Shown here piece by piece: positions 37,175 through 46,190 of a DNA stretch of 64,000 bases. Each line of letters begins with the position of its first letter. The first letter of the stretch is position 1. This DNA is from a virus, in IMG/VR virus record IMGVR_UViG_3300045988_098461, positions 1-64,000 of that record. One strand, given 5' to 3'. The notes under the pieces were generated by a model, which was not told the origin of the DNA, did no database searches, and worked only from the letters and a program-made list of their open reading frames with translations. A program made the translations under genes and the position numbers.

Positions 37175-37218
37175 AATTCTTACTTTTTAAAAAGTTTATC
37201 AACTGCTAATTCCTGTAA

Positions 37219-37440
37219 TTACGGATGCATACATCTTACAACCCTTGCTTCTGTATTATTTTTCTTCTGATACCTACAAAGATTGCATTCAATAGCACCG
37301 ACTTTATTTAGAGCGTGCGTATATCGACCACATTCACCGAAAGGGCAATCTGTTGCATATTCAATACCGCCGTGAATAAACTCACGTACCTCATACTTAA
37401 TTGCCGTATTCGGCTTCTTTTCTTTCTTTTGGTATAACAT
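37219..37440 (-). CDS. small Cys-rich protein (hypothetical)
   Basis: 73-aa ORF with CPFGEC...CNLC. Confidence 0.45.
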   Translation of the reverse strand: MLYQKKEKKPNTAIKYEVREFIHGGIEYATDCPFGECGRYTHALNKVGAIECNLCRYQKKNNTEARVVRCMHP

Positions 37441-37441
37441 A

Positions 37442-37672
37442 TTATCTTATCTCAATTTTGATTTTATAAATCGACTTCTGCTTCAAGTTTTCCGTGCCAT
37501 CAAGCAAAAGATGAGCAATGATGTCATCTACGGATTCGCTGATAGCTCTCTTCGTATATTCGTGATAACTGCCGTCTTCTTTTTCTTGATAGACGTTTAC
37601 AGAGCCAGAGCTATTATCTGTGACAATAACCCCATTATCGGCGAACTCTAGCTTAAAATTAAGTTTTTCCAT
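37442..37672 (-). CDS. hypothetical protein
   Basis: 76-aa ORF tightly packed in the operon. Confidence 0.45.
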   Translation of the reverse strand: MEKLNFKLEFADNGVIVTDNSSGSVNVYQEKEDGSYHEYTKRAISESVDDIIAHLLLDGTENLKQKSIYKIKIEIR

Positions 37673-37676
37673 ATAA

Positions 37677-37976
37677 TTATTTTTTTTGTTCCATGAAATG
37701 TTTTTGTTGTATTAACATCATTCTTGTAATCAGATTCTGCATCTTTTCAATAATGAACTTCGGGGTTTCCGAAGTTCTGATAAAGAAAGGATGCTTTCCT
37801 CTCTTATGCTTATTGAAGAACAATGTATCATCTTTACCCTCTATCTTTACAGCAATCATGTACTGACCGATGAAGAGGTGAGCACTTCCCTCTTTTCTCT
37901 TTCGAGGTGTAGTGTACTTAATGCCGTTCTCATCTAAGAAAGACATCAGCTTCTTTAATTTCGTTTCATTTTTCAT
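37677..37976 (-). CDS. hypothetical protein
   Basis: 99-aa ORF preceded by TAGGAGATATGCAAG-ATG. Confidence 0.45.
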   Translation of the reverse strand: MKNETKLKKLMSFLDENGIKYTTPRKRKEGSAHLFIGQYMIAVKIEGKDDTLFFNKHKRGKHPFFIRTSETPKFIIEKMQNLITRMMLIQQKHFMEQKK

Positions 37977-37995
37977 CTTGCATATCTCCTATAGT

Positions 37996-38439
37996 TTAGT
38001 TATCGCTTAACATTTTCTCAACCTCATCATCGTATTTATTTCTTTTACACCAAGTAGTGAGGTCAAAGATTACTTCCGCATCCTTTCTAAAGCTTTTGTA
38101 TAAGCTCAGATAGTTTTTCTTTGTTTGTGCGTTAGCCTTTCTCGCCTCGTGAAAAAAGGCAAAGTAATTCTTAAAATATTCAGAATGTATTGTGATAATA
38201 TCGGCATCTTCGCATTTTTGCATCATAAACAGCGTTGCTTCTACGATAACGACCGCCTTTGAAGCGCAATAGATGTGATTCATTTCATTTGCTACAACTT
38301 CTCCGTTCCTTATAATGATAACTGAAAATTTTCCTGTTGCGAACTTATCTTCATAATCACAACTTACGTAGCACTCATATCCAACAAGTTCTTTTGCTGG
38401 CGTGAGGTAAGTATCGAGCCAATTTTTCTTTTTCTCCAT
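37996..38439 (-). CDS. hypothetical protein
   Basis: 147-aa ORF preceded by CAGGAGATACAAA-ATG. Confidence 0.45.
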   Translation of the reverse strand: MEKKKNWLDTYLTPAKELVGYECYVSCDYEDKFATGKFSVIIIRNGEVVANEMNHIYCASKAVVIVEATLFMMQKCEDADIITIHSEYFKNYFAFFHEARKANAQTKKNYLSLYKSFRKDAEVIFDLTTWCKRNKYDDEVEKMLSDN

Positions 38440-38585
38440 TTTGTATCTCCTGTGTTATTATATAATCGGGTGGGGGCATATGTGCGCCCGTTAGTTAATT
38501 CTTTCTTGGGGCTGTCGCCCCTATAAGGGAATAAATTTTATTAAAGCCCTCATCCCTTATTTTATTATTTTTGATTTTACATAAA

Positions 38586-39383
38586 CTACATTTTTGCCTC
38601 CTTTCTTTTCATACCATGACGAGATATTGATATAGCATCGTCCATCTGCATACGATAAATATTCGATTCAATGGAAAATGCACTTCTATTTTTTGCGCTT
38701 ATCACTATTATAGAACCTTCAAAATCCGTAATAGCCATATTATTGGTACATACCTTTGCATCGCACCTTACTTCCTTGATTCTTGTGCGCTTATTGATGA
38801 TACCCTTGTTTACAAGCTGATTTGTAACTTTGAACGCTTGGTACATCGTACCATAGATAACATCCTTGATTCTGTCATAAGATAAACCTTTGTTATCACT
38901 GAACTTCTTCCTCAACATACGACTTTCACGTTTGAGAGCCTTGCAAATAGTCTTCGCATTTCTCCCATTCGTCCCCTTATTGTGCGTATTGATTACGTCT
39001 TCTTGCATTCTAACTTGGTTCTCCATGACAATTCTTCTCAAAAGGTTTTTGAGGGCTGGAAATGTCATCTTCGTTAAATCATCCTTGCGAAGCTTATAAC
39101 TATATCCATTATTTGAATGTATGCTACGTGCAATGAATCTCTTCTTTCCATTTTTCTCTTCAAAACGGAAATACCCTATCTTGCAACCATATTCAAGTAG
39201 TCTCTTTAATTTATTATTGTCAATATGCAAAAGCTTGGCGCAATGATTGTATGACACAAGATTAAGGTCTGATGAGCGGAATAAGAGCTTTATTTTAAGA
39301 AGTAAACAGAAGGCATCCAAGCGATTCTTATCGCTCAGAGCAAACTTAGCTTCCTGTATTCCTATTCTTATTCTTTTCATCAT
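38586..39383 (-). CDS. hypothetical protein (possible winged-helix DNA-binding protein)
   Basis: Start moved to ATG 39383 (MKRIRIG...). Own promoter box at 39530-39537 (reverse complement TAATTTTG) and a long leader. Confidence 0.45.
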   Translation of the reverse strand: MMKRIRIGIQEAKFALSDKNRLDAFCLLLKIKLLFRSSDLNLVSYNHCAKLLHIDNNKLKRLLEYGCKIGYFRFEEKNGKKRFIARSIHSNNGYSYKLRKDDLTKMTFPALKNLLRRIVMENQVRMQEDVINTHNKGTNGRNAKTICKALKRESRMLRKKFSDNKGLSYDRIKDVIYGTMYQAFKVTNQLVNKGIINKRTRIKEVRCDAKVCTNNMAITDFEGSIIVISAKNRSAFSIESNIYRMQMDDAISISRHGMKRKEAKM

Positions 39384-39559
39384 TATATATATTAATGTAA
39401 AAACCAAACAGATGAAAGGTGCTATCTATCATTCTGCTTGGTTTGTATATCGAACCCTTTCACTTGTGTTGATTGGGCATATATGATTCTTTTCTTTGCT
39501 TGGAAAATAGCACTTTCCTTTTTATGCCGCAAAATTATAAAGAAAATCTGAGATATTCG

Positions 39560-39665
39560 CTTAAAATCTATTAAAAAACTAATAGTTAGTATTAATAAAC
39601 TAAAAATAGCTATTAGAAAATTTGGTAGTCTAAGATAAAGTTATTAATTTTGCGGTATCAAAGTT
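39560..39665 (+). promoter_or_regulatory. early promoter cassette
   Basis: TATTA-N6-TAATA at 39569-39584, TTTGGTAGT -33-like element, TAATTTTG at 39655-39662. Confidence 0.55.
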
Positions 39666-39736
39666 AATAAAATAGCTTTTGATACATATAATTAATGTGG
39701 AAATTATTAATAAATTAAAAATAGGAGATACGAAAA

Positions 39737-39868
39737 ATGAAAAAAGAAAAAGACATGATGAATCCATGTAATTGGAGAACCGAAGATGTAAAAGATGCGG
39801 TACAAGCAGCAATGCTCGCCGCTAGTGGAATTATCTTAGCGTATGCTGTTATCTGGCTCGCTTACTAA
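39737..39868 (+). CDS. small C-terminally anchored membrane protein
   Basis: 43-aa ORF preceded by ATAGGAGATACGAAAA. C-terminal hydrophobic AAMLAASGIILAYAVIWLAY. Confidence 0.35.
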   Translation: MKKEKDMMNPCNWRTEDVKDAVQAAMLAASGIILAYAVIWLAY

Positions 39869-39881
39869 AAAAGGAGGTAAT

Positions 39882-40163
39882 ATGGAGATAGTAACAACAT
39901 TAGTTAAGTTCCGTTGTCGCAAGGATGAAATGATGGAGCAATCAAAGAATGCTCAGATTTTTCTCTTTGAAGGCAAAGAAGGTAAGACTAAGGTATTCGT
40001 GCCTAAGTCTAAACTAATTATCAAGGATGATGCTTTAGATAGCAACTATAATCTTTGCATCATACCTAAATGGGTATTTCTTAGCACAAAGAACCTTTCG
40101 CAGAATGTTGAGTTGGTAGGAGAAACGCAACACATGGAGGTTCTCAATGATATTGAAGATTAA
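39882..40163 (+). CDS. hypothetical protein
   Basis: ATG 39882 after AAGGAGGTAAT. 93 aa. Confidence 0.5.
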   Translation: MEIVTTLVKFRCRKDEMMEQSKNAQIFLFEGKEGKTKVFVPKSKLIIKDDALDSNYNLCIIPKWVFLSTKNLSQNVELVGETQHMEVLNDIED

Positions 40164-40219
40164 TAGTATATATAGTAATAATTATTTTGTTTAATGTATT
40201 AAAAATAGGAGATACAACA

Positions 40220-41194
40220 ATGAACACAATGGCAATGAATTTGATGGCACAGCCAAGAGTAAATGAAGTAGCGGTTGCAAAGCAGCCAGAGTTGAAGAGT
40301 GATAACATGAATCAGTTCTTGGATTTCGAAACATCTAAGGTACAGATTCTGACAATCGACCAGCTTGAACGCACCGAGAAAGAGAATGATGTGTACGGAA
40401 AGCCTTTGAAGGGTATATATCATTTTGACCTCATTCATCAGGTTGAAGACTTGTGCGAGAAGCACGGCTATAAGGCTGAGATTTACGACCTCTTTGCGGC
40501 GAATAACAAAGACCGCAATACTCCAGGTGTTACCCGTTTGCCTCAAAAGGAAGCTTTGATGGGTGATAGAGCTGTAGAGGCTCATATCCTTCGCCGAGTA
40601 TTCTGTAATATTCGCTTGCGTGACTTTGATAAAGGAGAGGGCAATGATGAGATTACAACCAATATGGCGGTATCATTCCATCAGAAGGGTATTCAGTTAG
40701 GTATCGGTAGAAACGTAGTTATCTGTCACAATCAATGTATGCTTAGTGCTGAACATTACGCTGCTACCTACTCAGATATCAATAGCGGAAGAGGAGCTTT
40801 TAAGCTCGATGAGCTTCTTCAACGTGCTGATGCTTGGCTCGCTAATCTAAGAGGTATCATTGATACTAATGATGAAATGATTGAGCGTATGAAGAATCGC
40901 GAGATTAAAGCACAGGAAATGTTTACCATCATCGGTATGCTGACCTCGCTTCGTGTTGCTGCTGAAACGAAATATAAAGGCATCCGCAACCCTCAGGTCA
41001 TTCCTCTCAATCAGGCACAGATTGGTCGCTTGACCGAGAAAATGATGATTGCCTACTACGAGCGCAATATTGTTACCGCTTGGGATTTGTACAATGCGGC
41101 TACAGATATGTATAAGTCAACTCAGCTCGACCAGCCAATGATTCTTTCACAGAACTTGGCAATGAGTAGCTTCATTCAGAATAAGTTGATTTAA
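40220..41194 (+). CDS. DUF932-like phage/plasmid protein (tentative)
   Basis: 324 aa. ATG 40220 after the ATAGGAGATACAACA motif. Family call from overall resemblance only. Confidence 0.45.
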   Translation: MNTMAMNLMAQPRVNEVAVAKQPELKSDNMNQFLDFETSKVQILTIDQLERTEKENDVYGKPLKGIYHFDLIHQVEDLCEKHGYKAEIYDLFAANNKDRNTPGVTRLPQKEALMGDRAVEAHILRRVFCNIRLRDFDKGEGNDEITTNMAVSFHQKGIQLGIGRNVVICHNQCMLSAEHYAATYSDINSGRGAFKLDELLQRADAWLANLRGIIDTNDEMIERMKNREIKAQEMFTIIGMLTSLRVAAETKYKGIRNPQVIPLNQAQIGRLTEKMMIAYYERNIVTAWDLYNAATDMYKSTQLDQPMILSQNLAMSSFIQNKLI

Positions 41195-41244
41195 GATATA
41201 ACTACATAAGATTGAATATTGAAGTCATAAGAAAGTCGATTTTG

Positions 41245-41345
41245 AAGAGCCATAAAGCCGCCGTGAGGTGTCGGCTCTTTCTCTTAGAAGAATTATTTTA
41301 TTCAGATAAATCTTGCCGTGAGGTAAGTTTTAAGACGTTATTTTT
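41245..41345 (+). terminator. two tandem terminator-like hairpins sharing GCCGTGAGGT
   Basis: AAGAGCC...GGCTCTT (41245-41279), and CTTGCC-GTGA-GGTAAG (41312-41327) followed by a T-rich run. Confidence 0.5.
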
Positions 41346-41541
41346 GAAAATTTTATCTTTTTGCCCTACGGCGGTATGGCATTTATATCCCGAGAAAAAC
41401 CAATCGCACGGGGTGCGTGAGCTGTAGAATAGTGGTTCCGACTTCTTTTAGTTAGAATAGATGTATGTATTATTTTCCATGCTTTTAAAGTATATGCGAA
41501 GATACTCCGTAATAAGCAGCTCTTAATAAGCGGAGGTTGGC

Positions 41542-41566
41542 GAGGGTTCGATTCCCTCTCTTGGGG
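41542..41566 (+). other. tRNA-like 3' half (T-arm plus acceptor 3' strand), not a complete tRNA
   Basis: GAGGG-TTCGATT-CCCTC followed by TCTTGGG-G. No canonical D-arm or anticodon arm could be folded upstream. Confidence 0.45.
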
Positions 41567-41590
41567 CTATGTTTTTTTAATATATATAAT

Positions 41591-41977
41591 ATGACAGATT
41601 TTAACGGAAAATTAAATTTGCTGAAGCTCAAAAGAGCTGGCGTAATGCAAATCCAAGGTCGAACCGAGGTGCTTCGGTGTGTGGTTATTCCTATCGAAGA
41701 TAATAGTATCTTCGTTACAACAGATGATAATAATCAACCAAAGGCTGCTTATCTCGACCTTACTGCTTGGGAATTAAAGAACCCTAAGTATGACGAGACT
41801 CACATGATTAAACAGTCGTTGCCTAAAGAGGTTCGTGAGAAAATGACAGATGAGGAGAAAAAGGCGATGCCTATCCTTGGTGGTTTAAAGCCTGTAATTT
41901 TTGAAAGTCAGAATGCGGCTTCTTCTTGTGCTGCACCTTTTGCTCAAACACAGGATTTGAATGACTTACCTTTCTGA
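41591..41977 (+). CDS. putative ssDNA-binding protein
   Basis: ATG 41591. 128 aa ending in the acidic tip QDLNDLPF, reminiscent of SSB C-terminal DDxPF tails. Confidence 0.45.
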   Translation: MTDFNGKLNLLKLKRAGVMQIQGRTEVLRCVVIPIEDNSIFVTTDDNNQPKAAYLDLTAWELKNPKYDETHMIKQSLPKEVREKMTDEEKKAMPILGGLKPVIFESQNAASSCAAPFAQTQDLNDLPF

Positions 41978-42029
41978 GCACAGACTCTCTTAAATAATGG
42001 TTTTAGATTAGTTTTAGATTATTAGAAAT

Positions 42030-42521
42030 ATGAGAATTAGAACGAGTAATTGGTTTGAGGTAGGAATCCGCTACCAAAAGACCCAAGAAGATGGTTCAGA
42101 GAAATCTGTGACCGAAAAGTATGCGATTGATGCCTTATCCTTCACGGAAGGTGAGAGCGCAATCACAGAAGAAATGGCTGCTTATATTAGCGGTGAGTTC
42201 AAGGTTAAGTCGATGCAAGAGGCTTCGTACAGAGAGGTGTTCTTTTCTGATAAGGATGATGATGATTGCTGGTACAAGGCAAAATTGCAATTCATTTCCT
42301 ATGATGATAAGACCAACAAAGAGAAGCGTAGCAACGTGACATACCTCGTGCAAGCAAAGTCTATGCACCGAGCAATCAGTAACATTGATGAGGTAATGGG
42401 GAAGACCATGATAGACTATGAAATCATCGGTCTCAGCAAAACCAACGTATACGATGTCTTCGAGCATAAGACAAAAGAGGAGAAGGAACAGAAGTCTAAC
42501 GAAGAAAAGAAGGAGGAGTAA
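42030..42521 (+). CDS. DUF4494-like protein (tentative)
   Basis: NWFEVGIRYQKTQEDGSEKSVTEKYAIDALSFTEGE pattern. Confidence 0.45.
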   Translation: MRIRTSNWFEVGIRYQKTQEDGSEKSVTEKYAIDALSFTEGESAITEEMAAYISGEFKVKSMQEASYREVFFSDKDDDDCWYKAKLQFISYDDKTNKEKRSNVTYLVQAKSMHRAISNIDEVMGKTMIDYEIIGLSKTNVYDVFEHKTKEEKEQKSNEEKKEE

Positions 42522-42524
42522 AAT

Positions 42525-43061
42525 ATGGCAAGACCTAAGAAAAATGGCGTAGAACAGCCTTTAAATTTAGATGGCAATAATATGCCTATGGAGAACGAGA
42601 ACGCTCAGCAGAGCCACGAAAATGCGGCTCAGCAGCAAAGTGAGGAGCAAGTTGAGGAGTTTGAGGAAGAGGATGAGCTCCCTTTTGAAGTAGAGGATGG
42701 AGTTCCTTCCCCTATTGATAATGATAGTAATTCATTTGTTATCTATGCTCCAAATGATATTGAAACTCGTAAGGGGCGAATGGAGGTGGTAACGGGCATT
42801 ACTCTTAAAGAGGGTTATCGTGGATTGATTGTTCCAATTACATTTAACGCTCTTCATGGTTTGCCTACGGAGTCAGATTATCGCCTACAGCACTCCGATG
42901 TGATTTCTACGCATGTAGGGGAGAAGGAGATGGTAAGACTTGTACTCTCCATCAATGATGAAACAATGATACAAGAGCAGACGAACTTCGGTTCACGCTC
43001 TCGCTACCTTATCATTCCGAAGGGCTCTCCGCTTGCCGTTCTTTTGATTTTTAAGCTGTGA
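42525..43061 (+). CDS. hypothetical protein with strongly acidic N-terminal region
   Basis: EEQVEEFEEEDELPFEVEDG, then a beta-rich C-terminal domain. Confidence 0.5.
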   Translation: MARPKKNGVEQPLNLDGNNMPMENENAQQSHENAAQQQSEEQVEEFEEEDELPFEVEDGVPSPIDNDSNSFVIYAPNDIETRKGRMEVVTGITLKEGYRGLIVPITFNALHGLPTESDYRLQHSDVISTHVGEKEMVRLVLSINDETMIQEQTNFGSRSRYLIIPKGSPLAVLLIFKL

Positions 43062-43123
43062 AATATATAATTGCGGATGGAGGTCTATTCTATAGTATCT
43101 CCTTCCGCTCTATTAAGTAAACT

Positions 43124-43276
43124 ATGACAGAAGTTGAACGTAAAATGCGCAGAAGTAAATACGGCAAGACCTACTATCAAAAGCATCGTGAAGCTTGCAT
43201 CGAAAGAGCCAAAGCTTGGTACAATGCTCATAAGGAGTATCGTAGGCTGTATATGCTTGCGTATAATGGTAAATAG
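43124..43276 (+). CDS. small basic protein (hypothetical)
   Basis: 50-aa ORF MTEVERKMRRSKYGKTYYQKHRE... Ends in a TAG that is in frame with the next ORF. Confidence 0.35.
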   Translation: MTEVERKMRRSKYGKTYYQKHREACIERAKAWYNAHKEYRRLYMLAYNGK

Positions 43277-43285
43277 TATTTTTAT

Positions 43286-43480
43286 ATGGATGAGTTGGAT
43301 AAAATTAAAGAGTTGAATACTCAATATAAATTGCTGCGAAATAACGGAATGGTGGTAAAAGTAGACCTCGTAACCAATGTGGGAACTTATGTAGTAAAGA
43401 ACCCTAACATTATTAGCAAGGTGCTTGACTTACTTATCCGTGAATCGCAGAAGCAGATAGAAAGTGAGGTGAATACATGA
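43286..43480 (+). CDS. hypothetical protein
   Basis: 64-aa ORF. Confidence 0.45.
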   Translation: MDELDKIKELNTQYKLLRNNGMVVKVDLVTNVGTYVVKNPNIISKVLDLLIRESQKQIESEVNT

Positions 43481-43719
43481 TAGGATTGAATGATAGACCA
43501 ACAAGAGCAAAAAGGGTTGTTGTGGTTCAGTTAAAAGACAAAAAGCCTGAACCTTTCCTTACTTGCCCAGAGATTTATTTAAAGTACGATAAAGAGAAGA
43601 TTGGCATCTGTCTTAATGCTCTATGGAATGCTCTTGCTAAAGATGGTTGCTACGAGAATAAGAAATGCAAAATCTCTTATCAGAGTATCGAACAATTAAA
43701 AACATTGGCATGGGAGTAG
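43477..43719 (+). CDS. hypothetical protein
   Basis: 80-aa ORF with ATGA overlap. Confidence 0.45.
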   Translation: MIGLNDRPTRAKRVVVVQLKDKKPEPFLTCPEIYLKYDKEKIGICLNALWNALAKDGCYENKKCKISYQSIEQLKTLAWE

Positions 43720-44252
43720 GTAATAAAGGGTGTTGTGTGCTAAAATATCCTCATTCTATAGATGATGGATTATTAGCTCTGTACGCACAGGGGCTTACCA
43801 TACCCGAAATTAGTAAAAAGGTAGGTATACCTTATGAAACAGTACGGCGGCGACTAAAAGGAAATGGAGTTAAACCTGCATCACCACGATTTATCGCTAA
43901 GTATGGTGAAATCCGTTATTTAGGGCGTTTCCGCTACTGGAGCGAGGAGGAGGAACAGAGATTTATTAGATTATTTCCCTTTCGTACAAATAAAGAAATT
44001 GCTAAAATCTTCTGTTGTAATATCAGAACAGTTAAGAATAAGGCTATGTCTCTTGGGTTAAGAAAAGATGCCGTATGGTTGCATGAGTATAGATTATCTT
44101 CCATGAAGATTGCTGCCATTATATCCAAATCAAGCTCTAAGAAGTTTAGGTTTAAGGAAGGGAATAAATTCGGACATAAGTTTAAGAAAGGGTTTAAGTA
44201 CGATAAAGAATTTTGGGAGAAATATAGAAGAGGTGAGGTTTCTTTGCCTTGA
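43710..44252 (+). CDS. DNA-binding protein with two HTH/Myb-like motifs
   Basis: GLTIPEISKKVGIPYETVRRRLKGNG and WSEEEEQRFIRLFPFRTNKEIAKIF. Start at ATG 43710. Confidence 0.5.
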   Translation: MGVGNKGCCVLKYPHSIDDGLLALYAQGLTIPEISKKVGIPYETVRRRLKGNGVKPASPRFIAKYGEIRYLGRFRYWSEEEEQRFIRLFPFRTNKEIAKIFCCNIRTVKNKAMSLGLRKDAVWLHEYRLSSMKIAAIISKSSSKKFRFKEGNKFGHKFKKGFKYDKEFWEKYRRGEVSLP

Positions 44253-44285
44253 TTACATTTTCTCGGAATATAAAATGAATAAACT

Positions 44286-44921
44286 ATGAAATTTAATAAA
44301 GAACTATCGAAGGATTTGCAAGTAAAGACAATTATGCAAAACTTCGACAAAAAGCAAGCCGAATGCGATGCTCTTAAAAAAGAAAACGAAGAATTGAAAA
44401 AGAAGTTAGAGCAGAAGGATATTCTGTATCGTAATATGCTCAATCGCTTTAGTAATATGAGTAGTCAAACAAATATTGACTATAAGGAAAGATACGAACA
44501 GCTCAAAGCTGAAAAGGCTGAGAGCGGTATGAGATATAGCCGAATCCTTAACGATTTAAATAAGGCTTATGGAATGCTTGAATCCGTCAATGGTATTATG
44601 AATAGCGCAAACGAAAAGATAGAAGCATTCTGCTCTGATAATATGGTTAAAAACGATATTCGTTCCAAAGTTATTGAGCCTGCAACAGATAGCACTCCAT
44701 CTTCTGTAAGCGTTAAAGAACAGAAGTTCGTTAGTTATGTCCGTGAACTTATTGCTAACTTTAAGGAAACAGGCTCTCTTCGAGGAATAGCTATGATAGC
44801 AAAAGACTATGGGGTTAGTTCTTTATCTAAGGAGCAATTCTTTCGCTACGGATTGAACAATGAGGTTATAACTGATGAATATATCATTAGTATTTACGAA
44901 AAGGCTAAAAAACATTTGTAA
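44286..44921 (+). CDS. hypothetical coiled-coil protein
   Basis: 211-aa ORF. Confidence 0.5.
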   Translation: MKFNKELSKDLQVKTIMQNFDKKQAECDALKKENEELKKKLEQKDILYRNMLNRFSNMSSQTNIDYKERYEQLKAEKAESGMRYSRILNDLNKAYGMLESVNGIMNSANEKIEAFCSDNMVKNDIRSKVIEPATDSTPSSVSVKEQKFVSYVRELIANFKETGSLRGIAMIAKDYGVSSLSKEQFFRYGLNNEVITDEYIISIYEKAKKHL

Positions 44922-44922
44922 T

Positions 44923-45213
44923 ATGGAAGAAACTAAGTATAATAATGATGTACCTTACGAAAGAGTAGTGCTTAGAGTGTTAGAAAACTACTTGAAGATG
45001 CAAATCAAGCTAACTCGTTACCAGAAGAAGGTCAAAGAGCAAGGTGAGTTGCTTAATAAATTAAACAACAAACACAATGATTACGAGAAGGTCGTAGCTG
45101 AGCGTGATGAGCTTCTCCAAAAGAATAAAGAACTTTCTCGGCAATTGAAGATTTACGAAGGTGTGCGCAAATACTTCAATAGTCAAGTCTCAAAAATAGA
45201 AACTGATAAATAA
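44923..45213 (+). CDS. hypothetical coiled-coil protein
   Basis: ATG 44923 (MEETKYNN...). Confidence 0.5.
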   Translation: MEETKYNNDVPYERVVLRVLENYLKMQIKLTRYQKKVKEQGELLNKLNNKHNDYEKVVAERDELLQKNKELSRQLKIYEGVRKYFNSQVSKIETDK

Positions 45214-45222
45214 TATATCAAT

Positions 45223-45645
45223 ATGAAGAAGATTTTATCTTGGTGCGGTTCTCATACAGATATGCTGTGTGCATTCTTTCTGATGGGATTCTGTTTCAAT
45301 GCGGTGAAGGATGGTTGGTCTGAGGCGATATTATTCTTGCCGTTTATCGTTACGTGGATATATGTCTATTACTTACAGAAATTTATTTGTCGTCTTATCA
45401 AAAAGAACGAAGAGTTGAAAGAAATCAATAAGCAGCTTGAAAAGGCTTACGAAGAAAAGACCTTGGCGTTTATCAGAACTGATGATTTGAAGATGCTCTA
45501 CATCTATAAGTATTTGTTGGCTCAAAATAATGTGGATTTATGTAAGCGAAAGATTAACTGTACGAAGTATCTTGAAAGAAGAGAATATTATGAACGTATG
45601 ATTGAATTTTTCGTTAAGGATATTAAGGCTAAAGAAATGCAATAA
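45223..45645 (+). CDS. hypothetical membrane-anchored protein
   Basis: N-terminal hydrophobic segments, then coiled coil. Confidence 0.5.
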   Translation: MKKILSWCGSHTDMLCAFFLMGFCFNAVKDGWSEAILFLPFIVTWIYVYYLQKFICRLIKKNEELKEINKQLEKAYEEKTLAFIRTDDLKMLYIYKYLLAQNNVDLCKRKINCTKYLERREYYERMIEFFVKDIKAKEMQ

Positions 45646-46046
45646 TGAAGTACGATGAGCTTTTAAAGAAGGAGAGCCAGAAGAAAGGCAGAAGCAAACC
45701 ACGGCATATTGAATCGCAGATTCAGATTCAGATGGTGAAGTGGTTTCGCTTGCAATACCCTCGCTATATCATTGCCGCCATCCCTAACGGAGGACAACGA
45801 AATGCGCTTGAAGCGAAGATTATGAAAGGCGAGGGCGTTTTGGCTGGCTTCTCCGACCTTATTATTATAGCAAGAGAAAATGTCCTATTTATTGAAGTTA
45901 AAACTAAGGACGGGTATCAATCTGATTTGCAAGCCAAATTTCAGTCTGACGTTGAGCGATTAGGCTTTCAGTACAGCATTTGCCGCTCATTGGATGAGTT
46001 TATCTTAACCATCCAAAAATGGTTAAAAGATAAGTTTTCTGTGTAA
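45645..46046 (+). CDS. VRR-NUC domain nuclease
   Basis: ESQIQIQMVKWFRLQYP...IPNGG...GFSDLIII...FIEVKT matches the VRR-NUC PD-(D/E)xK core. Confidence 0.7.
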   Translation: MKYDELLKKESQKKGRSKPRHIESQIQIQMVKWFRLQYPRYIIAAIPNGGQRNALEAKIMKGEGVLAGFSDLIIIARENVLFIEVKTKDGYQSDLQAKFQSDVERLGFQYSICRSLDEFILTIQKWLKDKFSV

Positions 46047-46074
46047 AAATATCCGATTTTCTTAGTTTTGTATT

Positions 46075-46147
46075 AATATCTATTAAAATACTAATAAAAA
46101 CACTGAAAAGATTTGTTAGTTTCAAAAGAAATTATTAATTTTGCGGT
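46075..46147 (+). promoter_or_regulatory. early promoter cassette (near-identical copy of 54995-55065)
   Basis: TATTA-AAATAC-TAATA at 46081-46096, GATTTG -33-like element, TAATTTTG at 46137-46144. Confidence 0.6.
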
Positions 46148-46190
46148 GTAAATAATTAATAAATAGGTTTAACAATTAAAAGATACAACA

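Noticed and set aside
38495-41568. TCTTGGGGCT occurs at both ~38496-38505 and 41559-41568, which could be att-like direct repeats flanking an inserted element
   Set aside because: A single 10-mer recurrence is plausible by chance in 64 kb on both strands. The enclosed 3 kb has no integrase or recombinase and contains a core early promoter.
41195-41570. Possible phage-encoded tmRNA (T-arm, TAATAA doublets resembling a tag-reading-frame end)
   Set aside because: There is no GGGG-type 5' acceptor strand and no G:U alanine identity pair. The acceptor 3' strand TCTTGGG has no partner at a tmRNA-like distance. The TAATAAGC doublets are a direct repeat in two different frames. Kept only as a tRNA-like 3' half.
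41212-41590. Track ORFs 41212..41427 and the N-terminal extension of 41537..41977
   Set aside because: Both use non-ATG starts, run through hairpins and the tRNA-like element, and have low-complexity products. The real gene starts at ATG 41591.
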